From contig OX597828.1 of the NCBI GenBank assembly GCA_951406725.2, positions 22,134,001-22,198,000 of the forward strand: DNA of 64,000 nt, read 5' to 3'. Within the stretch, counting starts at the first letter, position 1; each line of letters opens with the position of its first letter. The stretch is from Octopus vulgaris (taxonomy: Eukaryota). Below, one piece after another: positions 14,554-27,966 of the stretch. Position numbers and translations under genes: made by a program. Under the pieces are notes generated by a model. It had not been told where the DNA came from, did not search any database, and worked only from the letters and a program-made list of their open reading frames with translations.

Positions 14554-14622
14554 TATATATATATATATATATATATGTACATATATATATATACATATAT
14601 ATATATACATATACATATATAT

Positions 14623-15125
14623 GTCCCTCTTTTTCTCTCTCTCTTTAATTCTTTTGGCCCCTGGTTTTCTCTCTCTTCTTCTCTCCTCTCACGTGACCGC
14701 TGGTTAACTAGCCTTTCGGTTTTGGCCGCCGCCACGACAACACCGTTTTCTTCGTCTGCCGCAAAGGCATTTATTTCAAAATACGCCAGCTAAGATAAGT
14801 TCAACTGTCTAAAGTCGTAAGACACCCGCTGCTTTTGTCCTGTTATTAGTTTTCTTGTTTTTTTTTTGTTTTTTGTATTTATATTCGTGTGGCATCGTCC
14901 GTTTTTCTGTCCTTGTTTCGTATACATTCGATCCTTTTTCCAAGAAGTCTAATGCTCGCAGCTTAGTTTTTCCTTGGGACTGGCCGGATCGGAGCGATAT
15001 CAGGATTAATCAGCCGAAATTGCTAGGATGATCCGGTTTCTGACTGAAGATTAGAGGCTTCGAATAACCCGTCGGTTTTTTGTGTCGCCTCTTTGAGTGT
15101 TTTGCGTCCCATTTTGTATTTTTAT
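14623..15125 (+). mobile_element. Unclassified ~500-bp insertion bounded by (TA)n, possibly a PLE terminus
   Basis: Complex sequence sharply bounded by TA arrays, with a T-rich 3' end like the hammerhead-bearing termini. Confidence 0.4.
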
Positions 15126-15166
15126 ATATGATTTATATATATATATATATACATACATATACATAC

Positions 15167-15245
<79 letters not shown>

Positions 15246-15267
15246 TATGTATACATATATATCAGTG

Positions 15268-15480
15268 TTTTTGCTTCAGTGCTTGTCTCCACCACCGCTT
15301 GCAAACACCACCGCTTACGCATTCATAACTTAGCGATTCGGCAAAAGGAGACCGATAAGATAAGCGCATACCAAGCTTAATAAAAAATAAGTACTACAGT
15401 TGATTCATTCGTCTAAAAGTTCTTCAAGGCGATGCCCCAACATGGCCGCGATATAATGACTGAAACAAGTAAAAGTTATA
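15268..15480 (+). mobile_element. 3' half of SINE family A
   Basis: TAACTTAGCGATTCGGCAAAAGGAGACCGATA...CATGGCCGCG...TGACTGAAACAAGTAAAAG. Confidence 0.8.
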
Positions 15481-15624
15481 AACTTAAAATATATTTATCC
15501 ATAAATTTAATAAAAATAACCCTTTGAAAAAAAAAACCAAAGAGACAAAGGGAGACAAATAAGATAAATATGGATAAACTAAATACCATACAAGTTAAAT
15601 ATTTCCGTTATGGGATTTATTCCC

Positions 15625-15957
15625 CATGGCCCACGGGATAGAGCGTGCGGCTCACAATCATGAGGAAGTGAGTTCGACTCCCGGAGCAAGATCTGCGTTG
15701 TGTTATTGAGCAAGACACTTTATTGCACTATGCTCTAGTTCACTCTGCTGTAGAAACGAGTTGTGATGTCACTGGTGCCAAGCATTATCGGTCTTTGTCT
15801 TTCCCTTGGATAACATCGGTGGCGTGGAGAGGGGTGGCTGGTATGCATGGGTGAGTGCTGGTTTTCCATGAGACTAACTTGGCCGGACTCGTGTCTCGGA
15901 GAGTAACTTCCTAGGTGCAAAGCCATGCCCATTCATGACAGAAAGGTGTCTTCCCCT
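15625..15957 (+). mobile_element. tRNA-derived SINE family C
   Basis: Colinear with 6688-7037; B-box GAGTTCGACTCCC. Confidence 0.85.
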
Positions 15958-16647
15958 CAGGAAATACAAAGTATTCCTTCGTGTTTAAAAATATATTAAC
16001 AGCAACTGAATAAGGGAGAATCAGTTAACAGCAACTGAAAAAAGGGAGATAATCTCGAGGGTCAAGAACTTCTAGCATAGCGGAAGGTGAATCTATTGTA
16101 GACGAGAAACTTGGACACTCAGAATTATTGGTGGAAGATATTTCTCAGCCGGAACATTTTCAAACTAAGTCGATAAAGAGGTTAAGAGAATGAAATTAGA
16201 ACGTACTCTTACAGGTGTTTGAACAGTAAAGAAGTTTACGGATATATTGTATAATATCAGGCACGTGTACGTTTTAATCCTCACCGAGGCTAACGGTTTA
16301 TCCTTGGGGGTAAACTGTCAGCGTCACGAATATATTGATGCCTGTTAAAGTAAATTAAATTTCTCTTATTCAGAATAAAAATATCAGCATAACAAGTTCC
16401 AAATCTTGTCACTTTAAGTAACATGAAATATTAATCCTTTGAGCTAACAGTGGCGACATGACAGCAACATAACAATGATATTTCATACCACACTATAAAC
16501 TGTTTTAAGCACTCCATATGCAACGACACGTGTTTTCAATTACACAAGAAAACTCTTTTGAGGTTTCAACTATATTCATTGCTTTCTAGTTCATTTGGCA
16601 TTTTTTTCACGTCATACAACACTTTTCTACTGATATATATATACAAA

Positions 16648-16761
<114 letters not shown>

Positions 16762-16802
16762 AAAAGGTGCGTATGCATCTATATCTAAGAATCAAATATA
16801 TG

Positions 16803-16911
<109 letters not shown>

Positions 16912-17220
16912 AAATTCTTATAATATAAATCAATATAAATATTGTTCTTTCCAAAGTTAAATATTCTAGTCTGCTAAAATATATTTTAACACCATTCTGG
17001 AGTGAAGTGTTTCGTTAGTTCTTATGGTGTTATGAAATTTGTGCCTGTAAGTAGTACTGGTTTGCGAGTTTAGAGTTGGTGTTATGTGGGTGAACGTATA
17101 AATTCACTTATATACAAAAAATATGTATATATGTGTGTTTGCGTAACTCTATGTGCGCGGGCATTAGTGGATATCTATCTACCTATCGTTATAAGTACGT
17201 TTGTATTTATACATACATAC

Positions 17221-17253
<33 letters not shown>

Positions 17254-17256
17254 TAG

Positions 17257-17288
<32 letters not shown>

Positions 17289-17384
17289 GTTTGTGTATTT
17301 GTATATCTGTTTATAAACATATATATACAAACATATACACTCGCATGCTTGCACACATGCGCCCGTATCCCCCCTCTCTCTCTC

Positions 17385-17453
<69 letters not shown>

Positions 17454-17467
17454 TCATATATATATTC

Positions 17468-17657
17468 TTTTATGCTTCTATTCTTTTAATTGTATCAGTC
17501 ATTTGATTGCGGCCATGCTGGAACACCGCTATGAGGTGTGTTTGTCGACCAATTCAACCACAGTACATATTTTAAAGCCCAGTACTAATACTATAGGCCT
17601 GATTGCTGAACTGCTACGCTATGGAGACGTAAAAACAGGAAAACCGGTTGTCAAGCT
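17468..17657 (-). mobile_element. 3' half of SINE family A or a related family
   Basis: CAGTCATTTGATTGCGGCCATGCTGGAACACCGC is the reverse complement of the family A tail. Confidence 0.75.
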
Positions 17658-17760
17658 ATTATGGGGTTACAAGCTCATTCACAAAGTCACACACATATAC
17701 ACACACGCCACACACACACACACATATATATTTATAAATATATATATGTATATATATGTA

Positions 17761-17794
<34 letters not shown>

Positions 17795-17819
17795 AATATA
17801 TATATATGTATATATATAT

Positions 17820-17866
<47 letters not shown>

Positions 17867-17873
17867 CACATAC

Positions 17874-17965
<92 letters not shown>

Positions 17966-18326
17966 ATGTGTGTATATACAAACCCATTTAGTACATTATA
18001 TGGAAATATATTATATCGCACGATATTTTGTTTTAGAAAAAAATTGTGACAATAATTTCAGCTAAATACAATATAACTTCAGAGCGAAATCTGAATTTCA
18101 TTTTAAATCACATTAATGAAATAAGCCCATTTATGCACGCACACATACACACAAACTCACACACACACACAAACACACAAACACACATACTTGCATGCAT
18201 GCTTACATATATATATAGGCATATATGCATATATTTTTATTGGTCTCGATGTAAGCATTTCATATACGTTTATATATATATATATATATATATATGTATT
18301 TGTATGTATATATATATATATACATA

Positions 18327-18374
<48 letters not shown>

Positions 18375-18465
18375 TGTGTGCGTGTACATGTATATGTGTA
18401 TGAATATATGTATATATGTACATGTAAATATTGTAAATATTCCATATAATTTATATGTATTGTGA

Positions 18466-18509
<44 letters not shown>

Positions 18510-19434
18510 TCACAATACATTTTACTCTATATTCAAAATATGCAAAAGTACACTTAAATATATTTTGGTTAATGATACGAAATAAAATAAATTTTGTAGC
18601 AACGGTTAGAATAAAATTTCTTCCTTTTCTTATACATATAATATATAACTGATTAAAAGTTGTAATTCCAGATTAAATAGGTAACTTAACCACAATAGCT
18701 ATCAAACTTCATGTTAAATGTCAAGTTAAAAATATGGGTTAGATCTTTAATTGTATTTTTATTCTATCCGTGTAATTAATTCTTGTTAACTTTTTAATAC
18801 CGCTCGCAGTAAATATATTAATATTTGAATTATTATTATTATTTTGTGCTTGTTTTGTTTTACTTCATTTTCTTTCATATCATTTTATTTCTTTATGTTT
18901 TTGTAAACCCTCTATTGAGTATTTTGAAGTATTCGTGTGTCTTGAAAAATGAAAGTAATAGTATGTATTTTTTGCTTTTTGAAAAACATATTATTATATG
19001 TATAACTATATTTTTTTACAACGCGAATACGATTAAAGTTCGTATTATATTTTAACAATTATATTGATTTGCATAGGTATATATGGAGAGATTCTTTATC
19101 TTTCGTTATATAGAATAGTTTGAGATTATGTTTGAGGAAAAGAATGCAGATTATCCATTAAAGCTAATCTTAATACTCTCAGTTTATATGCATATGCAAA
19201 CATATGTATGTTTGTATGTATATAAGTGTATATGCATGTTCGCATGTGTGGTTATATATATATATATACAGGTATATTAATATCATATATATATACATGT
19301 GTACATATATGTAGGTGAGTATATGTGTGTGTATATATATATATCAGCAAAATTTAGATTCAAATGAATATGGTACTTAAGTCAGATGCACCAGAATTTT
19401 GTACGGTGTTATCCATACAAATGCATGGGGTGAT

Positions 19435-19527
19435 TATAATGAAAGTAAGAAACAAGAATATCTTCGGTTGAGTGGAACGATCGTACCAAATTTCCGAAGA
19501 TATTCTTGTTGCTTACTTTGATTATAT
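19435..19527. repeat. 33-bp inverted repeat enclosing the 3' half of a hammerhead-like motif
   Basis: TATAATGAAAGTAAGAAACAAGAATATCTTCGG / CCGAAGATATTCTTGTTGCTTACTTTGATTATA; the loop contains GGAACGATCGTA; ends in (TA)n. Confidence 0.75.
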
Positions 19528-19537
19528 ATATATATAA

Positions 19538-19575
<38 letters not shown>

Positions 19576-19609
19576 GTGTGTGTGTGTGTGTATATATATA
19601 CTTATGTGC

Positions 19610-19678
<69 letters not shown>

Positions 19679-19877
19679 TGTGTGTGTGTGTGTCTAACAG
19701 GCTGAATAGGCACATGAAGGGTAGGGAGAAGTCTATCTTAATATGGACACTGTTAGTACTCGAAAACAAGATCAAACTCTCACACGAAAGTGAAAGACCA
19801 GAGAGAGAGAGATAGGGAGAGAGAGAAAGAAAGAGAGAGAGAGAGAAATAGAAAGAGTGAGTGTGAGAGAGAGAAGG

Positions 19878-20680
19878 GAGCTGTGGAAAGTATAAAACCA
19901 AATCCTAAAGCTTTCTATAAATTCGCAAACGAAGGAACCACAATACAATTTAAAATAAGACCATTGTTCTAAGGGAATGATTCACTGAGAGCGGACCGAG
20001 GAAGGATAAGTGAGATACTCAGTGAATAATTACTCATTGAATAATAGTGTCTTCACTTCAATAGATAAAACAAATCTACGTGAATCATTTAATATTGTAG
20101 CTCTATAAAAGGAGGCGCCAGCCATCGATTACATCAACATTGAGGAAACAGTTGTAACAACAGCCATAGATGAAATGAACTCATGCTCCGATGATGGTTT
20201 CTCAGTTATTCCCGTAAAGTCAAGTAAGCAGGTTTTAGTGAAACGTTTTCCAAAGTTTCCTTTCAAGTGGTAAACTTCCTAAAATGCTGAAAGAAGGCAT
20301 TATAAGCGCTATCCACAAAGGTACGAGCAGAGCCCAAAAAACACAGACTAATCTCTCTGACTTTACATATCAGTAATGTCTTGGAGCGAGTCATCAGAAA
20401 CTCGATAATGTTCCAAGAAGAAAGCGACCAACTGAACAATACACAGCATGGCTTCCGTCCAGGACGAAGCTGCCTCACACAACACCTACAACACTATAAC
20501 TAAGGTTCAGACAAGGCCAGCGGAACCAAACTCCCGTATACACCAAATGGGCCAACAGCTGGGACAAAGGGATATACATGAGTGATGGGAAACACTTCGG
20601 ACTAAGGAAATCAAGAAAACCACAGTGGTGCTACAGTATGACAGCAGCTGAAACGGTTAAGAGAATAAAAGAACAAAATA
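19878..20680 (+). mobile_element. Decayed, internally deleted CR1/L2-group LINE (RT N-terminal region joined to the 3' end)
   Basis: Broken frames IKPNPKAFYKFA, RAEPKKHRLISLTLHISNVLERVIR, QHGFRPGRSCLTQ (RT motifs 1-2), then a 3'-tail-like end. Confidence 0.85.
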
Positions 20681-20690
20681 ATACAATGAA

Positions 20691-20724
<34 letters not shown>

Positions 20725-20727
20725 CCA

Positions 20728-21131
20728 GTGTGGTAAGTAGCTTGCTAACCAACCACATGGTTCCGGGTTCAGTCCCACTGCGTGGCACCTTGGACATGTG
20801 TCTTCTGCTATAGCCCCGGACCGACCGATGCTTTGTGAGTGGATTTGGTAGACGGAAACTGAAAGAAGCCTGTCGTATATATGTATATATATATATATAT
20901 ATGTATATGTGTGTGTGTTTGTGTCTGTGTTTGTCCCCCTAGCATTGCTTGACAACCAATGCTGGTGTGTTTACGTCCCCGTCACATTAGCAGTTCGGCA
21001 AAAGAGACCAATAGAATAAGTACTGGGCTTACAAAGAATAAGTCCTGGGGTCGATTTGCTCGACTAAAGGCGGTGCTCCAGCATGGCCGTAGTCAAATAA
21101 CTGAAACAAGTAAAAGAGAGAGGGAGTAAAG
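20728..21131 (+). mobile_element. tRNA-derived SINE family A, near full length
   Basis: GTGTGGTAAGTAGCTTGC...GGTTCAGTCCCACTGCG head, internal (TA)n(TG)n tract, AAAAGAG tail. Confidence 0.92.
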
Positions 21132-21196
21132 AGAATGTATATACATATATATATATACATACATACACACACACACACCAAGGCACGCGCGCACGC

Positions 21197-21238
<42 letters not shown>

Positions 21239-21592
21239 GCATGCATATATACATACATAGTTACGAATGTGCTTATAAAAATGTTTCTTGTAAACAAAGA
21301 AAATTGAAAAATAAAATACAATTTAAATTGTCGTAAATCATTCGTACAGCAAGGATAGCAAGAAAAAAATGTATCGTAGAACCAAATGTAGTTAAAACAT
21401 CGTACATCAATACGATGAAAGAGCTTTATATTCAATGTCAAATATGATAAAACATCTTATTTACGGGATCTATTAAGAAATATTGCAGGTGTAACTTCAC
21501 AGTAATATATATATATATGGAGTAATACACGAATAAAATACTGAATAAATGAGAGAATTATCTTCATCTTTAACGTAATACATTTTTCTAAA

Positions 21593-21639
<47 letters not shown>

Positions 21640-21653
21640 CATGTGTGTGTGTA

Positions 21654-21690
<37 letters not shown>

Positions 21691-21899
21691 ATGTATGTAT
21701 GTATGTATGTATGTATGTGTGTATGTATATGTGCGTATACATGCGCGTGCCTTTACGTACGTGTGAGTGAGTGTACGAAACTGTGTGTTTTTTGTGTTTA
21801 GCAGGAGTTACGTTTTGGTGCCTACGTAATGCTACGCACTACAAAGCTAAACTTATGTCAAAAATACCTGTTACTCCAACGAAGCTATCTGAATGTAAT

Positions 21900-22073
21900 A
21901 TTTTTGCATTTTCGAAACACTGCATTGATTTCTCTCTACTCATTTCCTTCTGTAAACGAGCGTAGGCTTGAAGCATCAAAGATTTCTTCCGCATCACCTA
22001 AACGTCAATCTATCACACTGTTTCTTATTCTCTATCAAATATCCCTATTTTTTGGTATACTTTTCTACAATAC

Positions 22074-22076
<3 letters not shown>
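21900..22076 (+). mobile_element. Degenerate PLE-type terminus, relative of 25350-25515
   Basis: TTCTGTAAACGAGCGTAGGCTTGAAGCATCAAAGA versus TTCTGTAGAAGAGCGTAGGCTCGAAACGTAAAAGA; ends at (TA)n. Confidence 0.6.
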
Positions 22077-22124
<48 letters not shown>

Positions 22125-22159
22125 TTTATACAGAACCCACCCACACACAATCCACACAG

Positions 22160-22201
<42 letters not shown>

Positions 22202-22210
22202 TATATAAAT

Positions 22211-22241
<31 letters not shown>

Positions 22242-22562
22242 CATAGTAAAAAGGTAATAAAATGCATTCTCTAACTTTTCAGACCATTGCGCAGATGCAA
22301 AACATACCCGACAAACAGAGAGGTTTCTGGTATAGGGTCTACGATCAAAATTTATCGAGAAATATGTAAACATAGTAAAAACGTAATAAAATAGATTATT
22401 ATTACCGGGGATCTAGCACAAAAGACAAGTTAGCCATTAGGCTATATGTTATTCAAATATAAGTACATTAAAAGGCCTCTAAAAGAAGAAGCAAGTACTA
22501 GATAACAAAAAGGGGATAAATTCAATGAAATAAAATCAAAAACGTTTACAAAGTCGGCTCAT

Positions 22563-22633
22563 CTTATACTGCAGTTTCGTCTTTTTTTAGCAGTAAATAT
22601 AATTTATCTGCCAAGGCTAGACTCTTCAGTAAG
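22563..22633 (-). ncRNA. Type I hammerhead ribozyme
   Basis: CUUA-CUGAAGA-GUCU...AGAC-GAAAC-UGCA-GUA-UAAG: intact core, stem I CUUA/UAAG, stem II GUCU/AGAC, palindromic stem III ACUGCAGU. Confidence 0.85.
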
Positions 22634-22886
22634 CAGCCTTTGTTATCCTAGAAGTATATTTCGTTAGAAACATGTGCGGTTCTAGCGACTTGCATTCTCT
22701 TACTTTTCAGACCATTGCGCAGACGCAAAACATACCCGGCAAACAGATCGTAGACCCTATACCAGAAACCTCTCTGTTTGTCGGGTATGTTTTGCGTCTG
22801 CGCAATGGTCTGAAAAGTAAGAGAATGCAAGTCGCTAGAACCGCACATGTTTCTAACGAAATGTACTTCTAGGATAACAAAGGCTG

Positions 22887-22956
22887 CTTACTGAAGAGTC
22901 TAGCCTTGGCAGATAAATTATATTTACTGCTAAAAAAAAGACGAAACTGCAGTATA
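22887..22956 (+). ncRNA. Type I hammerhead ribozyme, truncated just after the cleavage triplet
   Basis: Mirror of 22563-22633; GUA at 22952-22954 runs directly into (TA)n. Confidence 0.75.
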
Positions 22957-23032
22957 TATATATAAATAAACATATAAATATATATATTGTTTGTGTGTAT
23001 TGTGTGTGGGTGGGTTTGTGTGTGTTTATATA

Positions 23033-23218
23033 TCGCGTGTGTACCGTTGGCGATTTTTTTCCTCCGTCTTCCCTTCCTTGGATCTTTCCTTTTTCTATGT
23101 TTCTGACGAAGAGCTTCGCTCGAAACATTAAATACTCCTTCTTTCTTTCCTTTCCTGAACGTCCAATAACACTATAATTGTTCCACGTCCTCGCGTTGTT
23201 GTGTTCTCATGTTTGGGT

Positions 23219-23219
<1 letters not shown>
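23033..23219 (+). mobile_element. PLE-type terminal fragment with hammerhead motif (23099-23133)
   Basis: GUUU-CUGACGA-A-GAGC-UUC-GCUC-GAAAC-AUU-AAAU; colinear with 9197-9418; ends at (TA)n. Confidence 0.72.
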
Positions 23220-23300
<81 letters not shown>

Positions 23301-23302
23301 TA

Positions 23303-24103
23303 CGAGGTGTGATCAAAAAGTTTTCGGTCTGTTGCCATAGTGACAAAGCTTGATAAAAATTAAAATTGACCTTGATGTCTGCTGTGAAATCGCACTAAAT
23401 TTTATCGCTCAAGCTCACTTCCGCTGTTTACAGTAGTGCTTGGAAGGAAGGTGTGTAGCATGTGATCATCGTAATGACTATCAATCTGCATTGAATTTTA
23501 GCAAAGGCTAGGCGATATTTGCTCAGAGACCCACGCAAAGTCGTAGAAAGTGTATGGAGAGGAGTGTGTGAGGTGAAAAAATATCGATAGTGACGAACTT
23601 TCTGTAAGACATGCAACCAGCAGAAGTGAGAAAAACATTGCAGATGCGCATGCAAGTGTGAGGGAAATTCGTCAAATCACCATCCGTGAAATATCAGAGG
23701 ACGTGAAGATTAGTTACGGTTCAGTTCAGTCCTTTATCACTGAAGATTTGGGTATGAGACTCGTCTCTGCTAAGTCTGGGCTAAAGCAGCTTTCAGCTGA
23801 CCAAGAGGACACTCAGGTTTCAGTTTCACAATTTGTCCTTGTATGTGCCGAGAACGATGAAAACATTTTGAAAGCTTTGTGTAGGCCTTCGAGTAGGTAT
23901 CGCCAAGCATTTGGCAAAACTTGATGCAGATTCTATCATGTTCGATGCGACGATCAAACGCTACACACCTTCCTACCTAGTACTACTGTATACAGTAGAA
24001 GTGACGTAGTACGCATGCACAACAATGTTCAAGATCAACCTGTCCAAAGCGTCTTTACTTTATATGATTTAGCTTCGTAACTATGGCATTAGTCCGGATA
24101 ATT
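23303..24103 (+). mobile_element. Internally deleted mariner-like transposon
   Basis: Starts TA|CGAGGTGTGATCAAAAAGTT; inverted ends CGGTCTGTTGCCATAGTGACAAAGCT / AGCTTCGTAACTATGGCATTAGTCCG; ORF 23658-23924, RQITIREISEDVKISYGSVQSFITEDLGMRLVSAK, is the mariner second HTH and linker. Confidence 0.85.
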
Positions 24104-24231
24104 ATATATGAATATATATATATATATATGTATGTGAGTGTGTACCCCCCTCTCTCTCTCTGTATATATATATATATATATATATATACAGAGAGAGAGA
24201 GGGGGATATATATGGGTATTTTTATGGAAAT

Positions 24232-24635
24232 CTTGCTTACGAACCACATGGTTCCAGGTTCAGTCCCACTGCGTGGCATCTTGGGCATATGTCTTCAGCT
24301 ATAGCCCCGGACCGATCAAAGCCTTGTGAGGGGAAGTAGCAGACGGAAACTGAAAGGAACTGCATACATATATATGTGCGTGTGTGTGTGTGTGTGTGTG
24401 TATCTGTCTGTGTGTATCTGTGTGTGTATATGTTTGTGTGTCTGTGTTTGTCCCCCCAACATCGCTTGACAACCGATGCTGATGTGTTTACGTCCCTTAG
24501 ACCGATAGAGCAAATACTAGGCGTTCAAAGAATAAGTCCTGGGGTCGATTTGCTCGACTAAAGGAGGTGCACCAGCATTGCCAGAGTCAAATGACTGACA
24601 CAAATAAAAGAATAAACGAGTAAAAAGAGAGAGTA
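24232..24635 (+). mobile_element. SINE family A
   Basis: Colinear with 20728-21131. Confidence 0.9.
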
Positions 24636-24704
24636 TTATACATATGCATACATACATATATGTATATATATATATGTATATACATATATGTATGTATGCA
24701 TGTA

Positions 24705-24922
24705 TACTCTTTCTCTTAAACTTGTTTCAGTCATTTGACTGCGGCCATGCTGGAGCACCGCCTTTAATCGTACAACTCGACCCCGGGACTTATTCTTTGT
24801 AAGTCTAGTAATTATTCTATCGGTCTCTTTTGCCGAACCGCTAAGTAACGGGGACATAAACTCACCAGTATTGGTTGTCAAGCAATGCTAGGAGGACAAA
24901 CACAGACACACAAACATACACG

Positions 24923-24957
<35 letters not shown>

Positions 24958-25106
24958 TTATACATATATACGACGGGCTTCTTTTAGTTTCCATCTACCA
25001 AATGCACTCACAATGCTTTGGTCGGTCCGAGGCTATAGTAGAAGACACTTGCCCAAGGTGCCACGCACTGGGACTGAACCCGGAACCACACAGCCACTCT
25101 TGCGCC
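24705..25106 (-). mobile_element. SINE family A, inverted relative to its neighbour
   Basis: Reverse complement of family A; short head deletion between ACCACA repeats. Confidence 0.9.
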
Positions 25107-25349
25107 TATGTATGTATATATATGTATGTATGTTTGTATACATTCACATATATATGAATATGTATACACACACATGCATACACATATACATATTTGTAAG
25201 ACGAGGGCAGATGGTTTTAGATTCATTAAAAGGACTGAATTTTGTACCATTGTACTTAGCAAACTGATAAGCACGGTATATGAAACCCTTGTGTGTTGGA
25301 ACACTGTGTAACTACTGATCATGGTGCAGCAAAAAATACATATATATAT

Positions 25350-25627
<278 letters not shown>

Positions 25628-25853
25628 AGAGGCTGTGTTAACAAATCATAAACCATATTATTCCGTCTGTTGTAATGAATCCATAAACACATATACAACA
25701 TCCAAGAGTATATATTTTTCCCATCAGGACATATAAATATAAATTTAATATTTCCTTAAAATTTACTGAGTATTAATTGAAGCAGCCGTAAATGAAGATG
25801 GTTAATTTGCTGTTAATAATAAATTAACTTACCAATCTCCATTTTCTGTTACT

Positions 25854-25911
<58 letters not shown>

Positions 25912-25915
<4 letters not shown>

Positions 25916-26054
25916 GTGAAATAGAAAGATGAATAATCTTGTAGTAGATTAATCAAAAGTTTAACCGATACCTTAGTAGCAAAAATCACGATTTCTGTTC
26001 AACGATTTCTGTTCAATCTGCGTTCAGCTCCATTTCTTCAATTCACCAATAATG

Positions 26055-26059
<5 letters not shown>
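25912..26059. mobile_element. Rearranged fragment of the 62662-62972 PLE-terminus family
   Basis: 25915-25990 is the reverse complement of ~62897-62970; CGTTCAGCTCCATTTCTTC is shared in forward orientation; flanked by (TA)n. Confidence 0.65.
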
Positions 26060-26125
<66 letters not shown>

Positions 26126-26545
26126 GTATGTATGTATGTATTTATGTTCGTGTTTGTGTATGTATGTATACAAATGCAATCAAATATTCATAGATGCAAT
26201 GCACATATGTATACACACGTACAAGCTATTCCGATGTAATTTGTCCAAGAAGCGAGATTTTCACCTGTTTTGACATATTAAAAATACCAAAGAAAACCTG
26301 ATATCATCTGCCTGTAAGTCTGTCTGTCTGTCTGACTGCCAATCTATCTATCTATCTATCTATCTATTTATCTATCTATCTTTTTTTCCTCTCCCCTTTT
26401 CTCCCCACCCTTTTTTGTCCTCTTTCTTTCTTTTTACGATCCCTTTTGATCGAAAACCAACCCCCTTTTTTTACCCCCAAAAGAAAAGCTCTACCTTGTA
26501 ATTTGTTCTGTCTGTGTGCAACCCTGTGTGGCTAATAAAGAAACA

Positions 26546-26616
<71 letters not shown>

Positions 26617-26954
26617 ATACCTCACTCTTCTTGTCTATCTCTGTCCATATCTTTCTGTTTTCATCTATGTATACATGATTATGTGTGTGTCTGTGTGTGT
26701 GTGTGTGTGTAGGTATGTGTGTATGCACGCGTGTGTGCGTGTGTGTGTGTGTTGTGTGTGTGTGTGTCTGTAGAAGAGATGTTCCGAAATATAGAATCCA
26801 CAACATCCGCCACCACCCTTACCACCAACATCAACCCCAGCAGCACCGCGGCCGCCTTCGCCACACTCACCAATAGATATAATGAACCCTGAACATTCAT
26901 TTCATACACATTTCTCTCTTACATAACAAATGAGTATTTCTATCTAAGCCAATT

Positions 26955-26991
26955 CCTCATTATTATTATTATCATCATCATCATCATCATT

Positions 26992-27023
<32 letters not shown>

Positions 27024-27110
27024 TATCCTCATCATCATCATTATTATTATCATTATTATCATTATTATTATCATTATTATCATTATTATTATCATTATTA
27101 TTATTATTAA

Positions 27111-27141
<31 letters not shown>

Positions 27142-27222
27142 ATTATTATCATCATTATTATTGTTGTTGTTGTTGTTGTTGTTGTCGTCGTCGTTGTTAT
27201 TCTATTATTATTATTATTATTG
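26955..27222. repeat. Compound (ATT)n/(ATC)n/(GTT)n microsatellite
   Basis: Directly visible. Confidence 0.97.
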
Positions 27223-27732
27223 ACCTAGCACATCCTGATTTAGTTAACACTAACTAGTTCAGAAAATTATTTATTAGTTAATTTAATATTATTGATTTAG
27301 CTATTACCAAACAGGCACATCATTAACTTCCGACTTTGGTATCCGAAACGGACAATCTCTTCCTGACATTAACTAAACCTTTCTAGTTTGCCTACAGCGC
27401 GGTCTCGCATAATATGCACTCCTTTCGCCTCATCTCTTTTCAATATGCACAAAGGTGGTACATATATTTAACAGGTTTGATTAGATATTTCTTGTATATA
27501 TATACACACGGATATCAGTCTTCAGCTGTTTCAACGAAGCAGTTGATTTCAAACGACAAATATGTGTAAGCTTAATTGTAAGCAGAAATGATACCTGTAG
27601 ACTAAAGTGCAGGAATATTTATGCACATTTATATATAAAGAAACACGTTCAGCTCTGCAAAAGTCTTCACATATACGCGGATATATTTACACATTATCGT
27701 CCATAGATCAATGCATAAATACATAAAAACGA

Positions 27733-27897
27733 GCGCGCAGGAGTGGGTGTGAGGTAAGAAGCTTCCTTGCCAACCACGTGTTTCCGTGTTCAGTCCCACT
27801 GCGTGGTACATTAGGCACGTTTCTTCTACTATAGCATCGGGTCAACCAAAGCCATGTGAGTGGATGTGAAACTGAAAGAGGCCCGCCGTCTATATTC

Positions 27898-27898
<1 letters not shown>
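27733..27898 (+). mobile_element. 5' half of SINE family A
   Basis: GCGCAGGAGTGGGTGTGAGGTAAGAAGCTT...GTTCAGTCCCACTGCGTGG; breaks off in its internal (TA)n. Confidence 0.85.

Positions 27899-27960
<62 letters not shown>

Positions 27961-27966
<6 letters not shown>

Larger units (their letters stand above)
22242..22956. mobile_element. PLE-type pLTR cluster: partial tandem copy plus ~183-bp near-perfect palindrome
   Basis: Arms 22565-22747 and 22773-22956 are reverse complements; 22263-22345 is a third partial copy; (TA)n on both sides. Confidence 0.85.

Noticed and set aside
26773-26876. Possible exon encoding RHHPYHQHQPQQH
   Set aside because: Degenerate CAC/CAA triplet sequence, weak acceptor context, no recognisable domain or partner exons.
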